In this document: positions 1 to 12,132 of the stretch, piece by piece
Numbering within the stretch: position 1 is the stretch's first letter
Layout of the letters: each line of letters starts with the position of its first letter
NCBI RefSeq assembly: GCF_052425735.1
Contig: NC_135762.1
Span: 5,952,001-6,016,000 of the forward strand
Direction: 5' to 3'
DNA from: Oculina patagonica
Lineage: Eukaryota
Length of the DNA stretch: 64,000 nt
The notes under the pieces: generated by a model
Told to the model about the DNA's origin: nothing
Databases searched by the model: none
Seen by the model: only the letters and a program-made list of their open reading frames with translations
Position numbers and translations under genes: made by a program

Positions 1-3000
1 TACGTTTTCCAAGTAGAGATTTTGTTCAAGTTTCGTGGTGTTGAACACGATCCAGGCAGAAACTACTTAGAGCTTTTTAGAGCATGCTTTTTTTTCTTAT
101 ATTAGCAGATTAAAGGAATCAGGAAATCCCAGAACTCATTTTCCGGAAACTAATATACAGACTATAGCATGAACACCAAACTTTAGCACGCCAAGTTTCT
201 ATCCAATTTTCAAAGACGTGCTAAATTAGTAGTTTATTCGGACGGTAAAATCGTCGTGGAAAAAAATCCGTCTCAAATACACTGTAATTATGACATGTAC
301 GCATCCTGTTCCTAACAGGGAAAGCATCCTGAAATCATTATTCTACAGTAGATATTTCAAGTTCGGCGTGCCTTATCCGTCTCAGTTTTCCACAATCTTT
401 GCCATTTTTGGTCTTTTTTGGTTACTTTACCATGGAAAACTGTTATTTTAAGGTTTCCTTGATTTGAAGGATATTTTATACAACGCAGCAAAATATCGAG
501 TATTCTAGAGTAGTCTGAATTTCAGACGTATTCCTCCGTCGTTTGCGCGCTCCCCAGAAAGACGTCAAGCGCGCTTTCAGAGATTTTCAACTGTGATTCG
601 CGTTCTCGCACGCGCTCGGTTGGGAGTAAGTGTGCGGCACCGAGATATCCTATCAAACCGGTCCCTCAGAGTACAAATATTGCGAGATATTCGTACACTG
701 TCGTTTTGCAAGTAACTTGTACTCGTTTTAACAGAATTGGAGCAAGCTCGTGACCTTACTCATTCAGTTAGCCAAATCAAGCCGAGTGTATTCTTAAGAC
801 CTCTCATGAAATCGATGCTTTATCAATGCCTTATCCCTTAACCAATTAGTCTAGATTGGACTTATCCGGAAATGCAAGAATGATTCTTTAAGCCAGACAT
901 AACATTGAAATCCATCTAGCTGAATAGACGCAATTTTAAAGGCAGATTATTGCGCGAATAAGATCGTCGAACGATTTATGCAAGGAGATTAGCTTCGCGC
1001 GCGAAACGCGAGCAAGCGTCACGCGCGTACTTCTCGCAAATAAAGGAACGAAACTGGTGAAACAATTTTTCAGGCTACGCACGCTTTTCATTTTCAGGAA
1101 GAGGGATCTCACAACCCAAATATAGTCTCCAATTCTCCAGTTCCAATTTGTCGAAACGGTTTCCATTCAAAGTTTAAGATTTTTTACATTCCCGCGGCAT
1201 TCACGCGCAATTCCGTTCTCTAATGGATCTCTCTCAGTCATGGTCACATATCGATTTGAAAACCCGCGGCGAGCTGTTGTTTTCGACAAACTTGTTCTAA
1301 ACACATGTCAGACAAACTCTAAACAAATTAAACATCATAAAACGAATATATTAACAACGCATTTAGGCTGTTTTTCAGGTTGAATTCCCAAGAATGCCGC
1401 TTGTGGTTGAAAAGAATGCATCGCCATTAACATTAGTGAAATCGAGTTTCCTTTCGCCATTTAACACCTTTTAAGAACTTGTGCGGTTTGCCTCGGTACA
1501 TTTTTCGATTTCGAGCTACCAAGAAACCCTTTAAACGGCCAAGGTGTGATTTGTGACAAAGACAATCTTGAAAAATCTCGACACATTTTTACGTACACCC
1601 CATGAATTTACTGATATACTTGAATTTGTTTCAGAGTTTAATTCATGCTTCAAAGATTTTTTTGTCACCGAGCAAAAATGTTTAAAAGAAAATGTGAAAC
1701 GCTACAAACGGAAATGGGCGATACTACAGCGTGTAACCTGTATGCAAATAAAACACGTACTCGCTTTTTGTGTGTTCCAAAAATAATTTCAATTTGGGCT
1801 CTTGAAATAGTTTTCTTTCATTTTCAGTCGATCTTTCACTGTATCCGCTTTCCTTGCCGTGTAGTTGCAAGAACAAAAGCCGGATGGGGGTTTGTTTGCT
1901 AACCTTAAAATAGCTCATTGAAATCTGCACCATAAATAAGTACAACGAGGACCTCTTGTAGTCGAGGCGGTTGGTCTCGTGGTTTTGGCTGACAATATAC
2001 TTTGCCACTGCGAGGTTGAAACTTTGTTGTGTTAAAGAAAAGAAAACTAATAGCATATAATTCAGAACTGTTCCTTTTGAATCATAAAACCGGCAAAAGA
2101 GCATTTGTCTTGAAAATACAGCAGTTGTAATGAAGCTGGCTTTCTTTAACTTCCGGTTTTAACTTGGGTTTGAGACTTCAGTCATTTAGACAAACAATAT
2201 GGCAGTCTAAAGAAAAGTTGGATAATAAATATATTTTTTATCCACAGACAGCCATTATAAATATAAACACGTCTCGTTTAAGTTTGACGTTTGTCCGCCC
2301 AATTCAGAGCAGAGAAACTTTTGTATTTGGTGTCAAAAATGGGAGAGAAATTTAAAAAAAGATCAAAGCTTTTTTAAAGTTCTGTTGAATGAACAGGCGT
2401 TGGCTTATAAAAAAATAGGGTACTCAAAATAATAAACTTTTAAAAAAGAATAAAAACAGGGACGAATATTGACTTTGATATCAAAACCTACCACGCTAAC
2501 GAAATGATAAAAACTTAAGCCGAACCGCAGCGCTGAAAAACTCTATTGGCCGGAGTATGTTGATTTTACTGACACAGTAAACTGCGCTTTTTCTTTTAAA
2601 GGACTGGAAAGTTCTGTACTGTGTTTGATTTGATCGTAAAGGAGTGCATTAAATGTATACAGTTGTCGAATTTCAGACAATAGAAATATATACCCCACAA
2701 GGGCACATTGATTTGACGTTGAAAGCTACCGTGCTTTCAAGAGCGCAGCATAAATATTTCAAAACTGAATAACTGCCGAAAACAAAGCTGGAGTCCTTGA
2801 AAGTTACTTCACTTTTTTTTCTCCGAAAGTAAACAAGCATTTTTGGCCTGTCAATATTTCAAGGATTTCAGTACACAGACTGAATACCTCGCCTAAAAGG
2901 GAAAATTAAGAAACATTACTCACATCCGGAAAGCACGCCAGTTTTTTAATTACACCCAAGAAAATTGGAATACAAAGTTTATTAATTCCTTTTAGCGCGG

Positions 3001-4628
3001 ATGTTTTTCGTTTTTGGCTCAATCGCCGCGCTAATAACACACACAAAATCCTAGCTGGAATGCAAAGGAGACCTCACACGAAAATTGTAATCAAAACGAC
3101 AGAGATAACAGGGCAGCTGCCTTGAAAGATCGGATCTGAAAACTGCACTAACAAGTTGGCACCGAAACTGACCCTTATGAGATAAAATGGGTCCGATTTC
3201 TGAAGCTTTTAGCACGGGAAAACACCAAACAAATAGTTCACAATGACATGCTTTCGCGAGTTGAAAGTATTTACATTGCCTTAAATGATATGCAAATAAG
3301 AAAACGTCTGAATCAATGGGTCTTTTTTGGTGTATATGCAAATCCTAAGTGGGGTGTCATTCAGGATTAGAGGGCAGCAGAAAAGCCATTGAAACAATAG
3401 TGTTAAAAACAAAAGGATAGCAAGAAATGATAAACCACCACCGCCTGTCAAATTGTAAATACATCAAACAGAAGCAACGAAGAAGAGATCCGCCGATTTT
3501 CATTTCAAATCACGAACGTAACAATGAAAGTCTCTCTGTGAATTTTTACACAATTACAAAGAGATGACGCGATTGCCGATTTCTTTAACCTTTTGTGCGT
3601 TTTGAAAGAGATACGCTATCTATCAAGGAATTAGTCCTTAATCGCAAAGACAGGGCAAGGCTTCGAGGGCACAAAACTGTATATTGTGTCTAATAAGCCA
3701 ACATCATTGAAATCGCAGCGGGGAATAATAGAGACTTACATGATAAGGGTTCATCAGCGACTGATGTTTATCGCTGTCGTTGAAAAACAACACTAATTAT
3801 TTTCCTGAATCGAAGCCTTTTGAAAGCAATCACTTTCAAACGCAACAAGATACGCGTTAAAGAAAGCCAACAAAAATCTACACTCTCGCACGAAATAAAA
3901 TCAACACCGAAATATACGCCTTCAAAACAAATATCGCCTGCAAGAACTCATGCTCCAATGAAGTCTGTAAATGATAAGGGAATTAAAAAATTTAATATGT
4001 TGTAATTTAAAAAGCAACAATTCTTTCCAATGTCTCGGGGCTTTATAATAGAACGAAGTGTAACATTTCGCGCGAGATTTATTGATGAATGTTTCTCGGT
4101 GCCTTTTGAATGCATTGTCCATTTCAGCGAAGTTTCTTGACAGTTTTAACAACATCACTTAATTAATTTCGGCTTTCACAGCCTTGTAACGTATTAAAAA
4201 TTAAAGAAAGAATAGATTTTGAAAATCCAAACTTAATTGGGGCGACATAATAAAGTTTCTTTGCGTTTTGCGGTGGAGGAATATCATAAAACAATTTCCC
4301 TCGCTCTTCGCATCTTTCAACAGCCTTTTCGTCTATCCATCAACTGGTGTTAAAATAACATGTAAATCCGAGTGTAAATTTCAACATAAACTCACCAAAC
4401 CTGAAAAGTCAAACTAAATGAACAATGGCGATGAAAGGAGGACAAAATGTTCTTTAAACTACCATAATGACACACAATAATTTAAAAAACGCCATTTATA
4501 CAATTACGAGCTTTGATCGTGACCTTGCAAAAGCATCAGTAAAAACGTCATTTTTGTCGAGCGTTTAACTTCATTTACGAGTGCACCTACAAAGAGCTTG
4601 AAACTCTATCTAAACATTGTACACTAAC

Positions 4629-5636
4629 CTTCACTTTTACCACAGTAGTTGACGGAATGGAGTCCGGTCCTTTGTCTCTCGCTGTCACCTGTAGCTGGTA
4701 ATCCTTAAAAAGCTCGTAATCTAACGCAGCGTTCGTGCGAAGTTCGCCCGTTCGCGAATCCAAATTAAAAAGGTTTTTATATTGGGGTGGTCCTTGAAGA
4801 GTGTACACAATTTCAGCGTTTGTGCCAATGTCTTTATCTGTGGCGGTAACATTTAGTATAAACGTTCCCGGGTTAGAATTCTCTCTAACTTCGCCGACAT
4901 AGAGATCTTTGCTGAACTTTGGAATGTGATCGTTCGAATCGAGAACCGCAATGTTCAAACCTTTGCGTCCAATTTTACGCGGGCTTCCGCCGTCCCTCGC
5001 TTCGATCACCAAATAGTAGCTGTCGTTTATTTCGCGGTCTAGCCTTTTTGAGACGACAAGTTTGACTTGAGTGATTTCCGCAGTAGGGTGCGAGACTTTC
5101 AAGTCAAAAATTCCATCATCATTCCTCTCTACAATCTCGTAACTTTGAACAGAATTGTTGCCAATGTCTGAATCTTCGGCAACCGTTATTGGCAACTCAG
5201 CACCCATTGGAGCAGATTCTTTAACCGAAATATTCTCAATGTCTTCCTTAAAAATAGGACTATTGTCATTGATGTCTAAAACCTTGATCTCTGTCGGAAT
5301 AGCCGCCGTGAAAACTCCTTTGGAAACTTTAACCCAGATTTGAAATGTATCGTCTACAAGAGACAAGTTCTCGCGGTCTAACTTTGCCACAGTGCGAATA
5401 ATTCCAGTAGTTTCGTTGATTGCAAAGGACGTTTGCAACAATTGGTATCGAAGTTCTCCCTTTAAATTTTCATTCGTGGCTACTGCTTTGACTATAGAAC
5501 TCCCTGAAACGTCTCCCACGAATGTTCCAGCGTCTAGTTCTTCAAAAACTTCAAATTTCATAACGTCCGTAGCGATGCAGAGTGAAAGCAGTGAAAACGG
5601 GATTACGAGCTGAAGCCACGGTAGTATTCGCCCCAT
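4629..5636 (-). CDS. Protocadherin (Fat4/Dachsous-like), first coding exon: signal peptide plus about 3 cadherin repeats; gene continues beyond the left edge
   Basis: ATG at 5636 gives hydrophobic signal peptide MGRILPWLQLVIPFSLLSLCIA. Cadherin motifs: LDRE (x2), DINDNSPIF, AEDSDIG, ARDGGSP, DSNDHIPKF, ATDKDIG, LDYE. The exon ends at donor AAG|GTTAGT (4629). No further exon recognised in 1-4628. Confidence 0.9.
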
Positions 5637-7257
5637 GACGCACACACAAGCAAAGTAGACCTCAATTTGTGAACACGCCGCGATTAAATAGCAGAATGAA
5701 TAATGACGCTGATGCGGCAAAACACTGCGTAATCCGTTCGTCCACGTAAAAATGTTAAATATGCGAAGTTTTGAATAAAAGATCTTGCCTGGAGGACAGA
5801 GCGTGGTTCACGATCGTGCGACAAACTGGCGGTTGTATATATTTCAGGCACTTGACTTCACACTTTGCATACGCACGCCCCCTGTTGCAATATTTTTCCT
5901 CTTTGACTAAACTTGCCTCCCGTTATCTTTGTCGTTATAAACAGAATGGCAAATCCTGGCCGGCTGTTCCAGTCACTTCGCCAAGGTTTCGTATCTTCCG
6001 ACCACAGCTATTACATGTAAAGAGGCTTGTTCCTTTCTGTTTCGTTGACAAGGTGTTGACCAGTCAATCATCAAACAATTCCCCTGGGGGAATTTTAATA
6101 CAATTAACGCAGACAATAAATGTCACACAACGGAAGCGTGTTGAACGAACTTGTAAACAAATTCTCCACAAAGTGAAATGACTAATTGCACGGCAAACAT
6201 CCCAAAATGGATCGGATTTGCTTCGTGGTCGCGTCGAGGTTTCGCGCTTTAAAAGCTTTTCCTGCGGGTTCTGTTTTGAACGGTATTTTTGAAAACGCAA
6301 CTACAGAACACCCAATATTACCCACACGAACAATAATTCATGATCAACTCAATATCATATCTTAATGACCACGAAAAAAACTTCATTATTGTTTGGTTTG
6401 AAAACACATGCGCCGCGTCTACAAATTGTATCAAATGTTAAGAATATAAAAGCTACATGTTTTGTGTTGGGTTTCGTGTTTCTTGTAAAACAAAAATCAA
6501 ATTAAATCCCGATAAGAAAGAGCCCAATAAACAGATGACAGAATAATGAAGGTTGTAAATTATTTCTATCGTGAATAAATCAGGATCGGCTTGCAGAGGT
6601 CAAGGAAGGCCACATAATCAAAGTTTAATAGTTTCAACAAACGAAGTAAACTGTCAACCCTTTAGCGGTGTATAGTGTAACTCCTCCCTCGATGACAGCT
6701 TTTTATTTTTGTCAAAAGACTGCTAACCCGGGGAGGGAGGGGAAGGGATTGAATACAACCTGAGCTGAGTAGCGTCCGGCTTCTTAATTTCTTGCCTCAA
6801 GACAAGTTTACTCTGCGAAAGTTGTAAAAAATTTAAAATAACACACTGACAACACACTTGAGCCCGATTTGAGAGATTCTTGATTTTGTAAAAGGATTTT
6901 TCTTCGACCAGATAACATCTCATAAAAAAATCGCGCTCAGCCATGGACAATCGGGACGTTTACTGTCTGGTCGTACGCTGTTTATCGCTTTTAGCTCCGT
7001 GTGGTCCGGCCTGCTGTTGAGTGGCGTTAATTTTATACAGCTGGTGATCAATCTTAACAGTTGGGGTACTGATTCTGACTGAGATACCCTTTAAGCAACT
7101 CGGCTTGACGCTATCATACCTTAGCTTTGTCTTGTATCTTGAAATGAAACAGACGGTGCGAAAATAGCCCGGGAAACCGGGCTCAACTGCGATGTTGCGT
7201 ACCAAGGCAATTTCAAGCTTCTCCCTCACCGTTCGCTTCTACTTTTATGTTTATAAA

Positions 7258-7570
7258 TTTGCACTGTTGTACTTCTATTTTATTACTGGAAGCCATAACT
7301 ACCTTTATAGCGCACTAAAGTAGCCGCGTTTTTTGCACTAAACAGCAGGCGAACTGACACGGCTTTTTTCAAGGGCAAGATCGCTTCTCACGCTTGTAAT
7401 GTCCATCTCTTGGATTGCATTGTTGCACTTATATTTTATTATTGAAAGCCATTACTACCTTTTTTAGCGCACTAAAGTAGACGCGTTTTTTTGCGCTAAA
7501 CAGGAGGCGAAGAACTCGGCTGTTTTCAAGGGCTAGATACTTTCTCAAGTTAGTCAGGATGTCCATCCAC
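7258..7570. repeat. Diverged tandem duplication, 2 x about 155 bp
   Basis: Shared core ...AGCCAT(A/T)ACTACCTTT(A/T)TAGCGCACTAAAGTAG(C/A)CGCGTTTTTTGC(A/G)CTAAACAG... near 7290 and 7447; boundaries approximate. Confidence 0.75.
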
Positions 7571-8504
7571 CTCACGGATCTGATTACAATGTGGTGTGTT
7601 TATTTCCCCTCCAAACCAAGTACGATGAAAAAGACGTTCTGAACGAGGTCAATGTCGAAAAAGAGGAGTGCCTAATCTTAAAAAGAATCTGAAAAGTACC
7701 ACCTGAGAAAACAGACAACACTTTTCAGCAGTTCGACTTGGGTGGTTTTGTTCAGAGATCACAATTCCAGCACCCTGAAATTTTGTAAACAAAAGTGGTC
7801 AAGAGAACACCGATAAAGCCTGTTGACGCCCAATAAATGAACAGCCTAACCCGTTAGACTGGACAAGAGAGGAAAGGGGAGCCGGGGGTGGGGGAGGGGG
7901 GTAATTGCCAAGTTAACGCTGATTTCACAAATTAAAAATATTCAATTTCCTACTTTTTACTGTGCCTTACATTTTGGCACGTCAGGTCCTTGCTCATGTG
8001 ATATGAATGTTTTTACAGGCTTGCTCTATGCAACAATTGGTCACGTGGCCTACCTTTCGTAAAGATAAAAGCAATGACATGCAAATTTTTCAGACTTTTA
8101 TCTCAAAACGGTGTATTGTGTTGGCCGTTCAAAATTAGAAGAATTTGAATAAGAAGAGCAAGCCTTCCATTCAATCACACTCTAGTGCTTTGCTTACAAA
8201 ACATTGTAAAATTTCCAGTTTTCAACTGCAATAAATTCTTGTCCTTGCGGATCAATGCCCTGAAATTTGCCGATACGGTGAAAAAAAAAACTGTTGCAAA
8301 AGGCCCATTCGAGGTTCATTGGATTTAATTCAAGTCTTAACCACTTTCTTTTGATTTGGATGGACGTGGGATTTCACCTGAAATTTTGAAATCCATTCAT
8401 TGTGGCGTTGTCTAATGGTTTTGAGGCAGTTAAAAAGAAGAAGGGTAGGTACCCAAAATATTTGTCAAGCACATAGTCATTCAACACACCGTTACACGCA
8501 ACTG

Positions 8505-8768
8505 CAGGGCCGTAACCAGACCTTTGCCATAGACGAGTCAAGATCTTGCTTGCAGGTCCTGGGAGCATGCCCTCCAGAAATTTTTGAAACCTAGAAGTTA
8601 TGAATCTCTTTAAGAGACATTTTTCACGAGGTATTTCTTGGGAAAAATCAATCTTGTTCAACTGGGGATTATTTTCCCAACAAAACATATTTAGTTTTTA
8701 ATTTTGGGTAAAAATTTAGACGAGGCAAGTGCCTCGTCTTGCCTCTTCCAGTGCTAGTTACGGCCCTG
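8505..8768. mobile_element. MITE with hAT-like termini
   Basis: Terminal inverted repeats CAGGGCCGTAAC...GTTACGGCCCTG; no clean TSD seen. Confidence 0.55.
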
Positions 8769-9175
8769 AACCTAGTTCCTTATGTTTAGTTGAGATTCCA
8801 GTTGATACTAAGTCAGGCGTAATACGTCAACCCTCACATGTAACGTAAGAATACTTTGTTTAATCTTTCTCTCTATTGTTGTTATTTATATCACTGATAT
8901 TTACATATTACCTTCATACACTGCCAACACCAAGAAAGTCTCATTTTTAAATTCATAAATTGTCCTTTACGAAGCCACCTCTAAAGTAAGGAAACTGTAT
9001 TATATATGGCATACCTTTCTCTGACAGCGGGCTGAACTTAAATTTTTCAAAAATAAAAGTTTTTTTATAAGAAACATGTCTTGCAAGGAAGTCTCGCAAA
9101 AATTCTTGCAGTCTTTGGTCGTTGGTAAGTAAAAACATTCCGCAAAATGGAGCATTTCTTCCAGGCTTGCATGCT

Positions 9176-12093
9176 CTACACAGTGTGTTCTTGTCTTGAA
9201 ACTCGCTCATCCGACTTTTTTTCAGGAAACAAAAGTTCAAAAGCGTCATGAATTTCAGGAATCATATCCGTGGTCGTCATGTTTCGTCGGTACTTTGCAA
9301 ACGCCAGTCTGTTACAGGTTCTTGTTAGTGCACAGGCACCGTAGGCTGCAACCAAGGATCGACTATATAGACACGCTCTGAAATTGGAATAGAAATACGA
9401 CCTCTGTTACGATAAACGAGTTCAACAGAAAACGAAACAAAAACTGTTTGATTTTGATTGAAAAAAATTGGTATTTTATCGTGGTTAAATTATGTGAATT
9501 AGTTTTGAAATGAATTAGGCAAAGTCGTGGAAATGTTTGCGACGAAAATTTCCTTTAAAGGTGAATCGCTTCTCCCTCTTCGTCCGAGTTTTCAACGTGC
9601 CCCGAGGCCGGCGCACTTTTCCCGCCACAAACGCACGTGATCACATCCCGCGTCTAAAAAGCGCGCGAAAAGAACAGCGCGGGTGCGTTCACCCGTTCAT
9701 TTTGCTCGAACTTTTCATAAGAAAACATGTCTTGCAAGGAAGTCTCGCAAAAATTATTGAAGTCTTCGGTTACTGGTAAGTCATTCTCTACTCGTTCGAT
9801 ATGTAACTTGAATTTAGAAGTATCCTTTTCTTTTCTAGCTGTCCATTCGTTACTTTTGTCGACTTTCGGCCGCTTTCAAGCCGGGAAGTTTCATGAGAGT
9901 TCAGCAAGACCTACTGGATAATTTAGAGCTAAGAGGAAAACAATTTATTAATGGTAGAAAGAGTAATTAGCATCTCGAAAGGACACAAGATTTCTGTTAT
10001 TTTTGTTGTTTCAACTGCAAACACAGGCTACTGTCACTACGAAAGATGCTAGCTGATTTGACGCCGCTCAGAAGTCTCGCCTTCGCAGGCTTTTTAATAC
10101 CGACTTTTAGGTGAATTTTTCAATTGTTTTCGAGGACACGTTCAACTGTATTTGATAACACGTTTGACGAATTTAATTATTATCATAGAAACATATTTAA
10201 ATACATACATACCTTTCATCTTTGCTCATTTTCTTGAATGCCATATCTGCCCAGTGGAAAAATACTCCCAAAGATCCAGACAAAACGTCACCTTGCCCTC
10301 CACAGCGCCTGTTGCTGCCTTCTGTTGTACAATGAACAACTGCACAGAAGTAAAAACAACTCAGCACCATCAAAATGTATTAATCGATCTTTTTACTGTT
10401 TTTTTTCTGCCGCATTGCCCACAGCACAAACAGGTGCTAAATACTTTGACAAGGTCTCTTACGGGCAAATGACTTGTGGAAAATTAAAACTAACTGTATG
10501 CTTTGGAGAAAAAGTACGAGCCTCAAATTTAATCAGAAACTTTTTTGCTTCGCGTGTTAAGTTTAAATTTCATTGTTGTTAAAGAATTTTAATTTTTAAG
10601 GAAATGATTTTAGCTTTTATCTTAAGTTTACCATACAAACACTGCATACACGCTGTGTTTGCACTCTCGGCAATATGGCAGCGAAAACCTTGCGAGGAGG
10701 TATTTTACAACAGTAAAGAAACTGAGCAAATACTAAGGAACAAAGAGATAATTTTATGGACCTCTTAACAACAATTTCAAAAAGTGCATTCCAGCTTTTT
10801 TTTCCAAAGAAATGGTTAAATTAGATTTTTCTTACCATCTTTTCCATCGGCAAGGATGTCTTCCTGCCCTTTCCGACATATTGTGACTCCACCTAACTCT
10901 CGGCATAGCTGTGTCACATGACTTGAAGTGTCAATGGAGGGGTCAGGTTCACGGCCAAACTGGGAGATTGACACATAAAAAAGGGGTAAGTAATGACAAA
11001 ATTCTGCCTGTATTTAAGAGGTAAGTATTCAACTGCAAGTAAAAATAAACGATAATAACGAACGACGTTTCGGAGTCGTCATGACACCATTTTCACAGTC
11101 ATTCAACCAGTTTTTGTTAGCAACAAAATCGAACAAAAGCTTAAAGTACAAGAGAAAAAACCACCTATTGTAAACCAGCAGTGTGTTGTATATAGATTTG
11201 AATGCGACTTGTGCGATGCAAGTTATGTAGGATACACACTGAGGCATTTACATCAGCGCGTGGACGAGCACAAGAACAAAACATCATCTATTGGCAAGCA
11301 TTATAGAGACAAACACTGTATTGTCCCAAAAGACCTTGACAAACAGTTTCATGTCATCAAGAAGTGCAAGAATAAGTTTGATTGTTTAGTGCATGAAATG
11401 CTAGTAATTAGAGAATTGTCACCATCTCTAAATGTCCAATCAGACTCAATCCGAGCCAAACTATTTGCGTGACATTGCATATTTATTATGTTAATCTTAA
11501 GCGAACTTTTTCTGACAGTTTATTCTTTTCATTTTTGAACTTGAAAATGGTGTCATGACGACTCCGAAACGTCGTTCGTTATTATCGTTTATTTTTACTT
11601 GCCTATGTATATCAAAACCTTTGCTCATAAGTATTCAACTATAAAAAAAATTTAAAGAAATTTATTTGCTACAAATATTGCAGTTTGAAGAACGCAATTC
11701 TCCTAACTGATTATTATGCCTTTCTTTTAATGATTGTTCTGAGAATTTGGTGCTACATAAAAACACTATTTTCTTGATAATCATCATGCTGCCACAGTGC
11801 TGCACTTGAAGGAGAAAAATGGATGTTTATCGGACTGATCATAGGAAGCATGTAGCCTAATGTTATTGCACTTTGGATCAAGTAGTCTGGGTTTAAGCTG
11901 GGGGGGGGGGGGACCTTGTGTCGTGTTTTTGTGCAAGGTGCATTACTCTAACAGTTCCTGTCCACCCAACGCCAGTTATTCAAACGGTGGGTAATGCTAT
12001 CCATCAGACAAGCATCATATCTTAGGGAGTAGTAGTAGTCCCAGTACAGTCACTTTAGGGACGGACCATTAGAAAAGTGATGGGGGGGGGGGG

Positions 12094-12132
<39 letters not shown>

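Noticed and set aside
5155-6300. ORFs antisense to or upstream of the cadherin exon
   Set aside because: Shadow or chance ORFs with no recognisable motifs.
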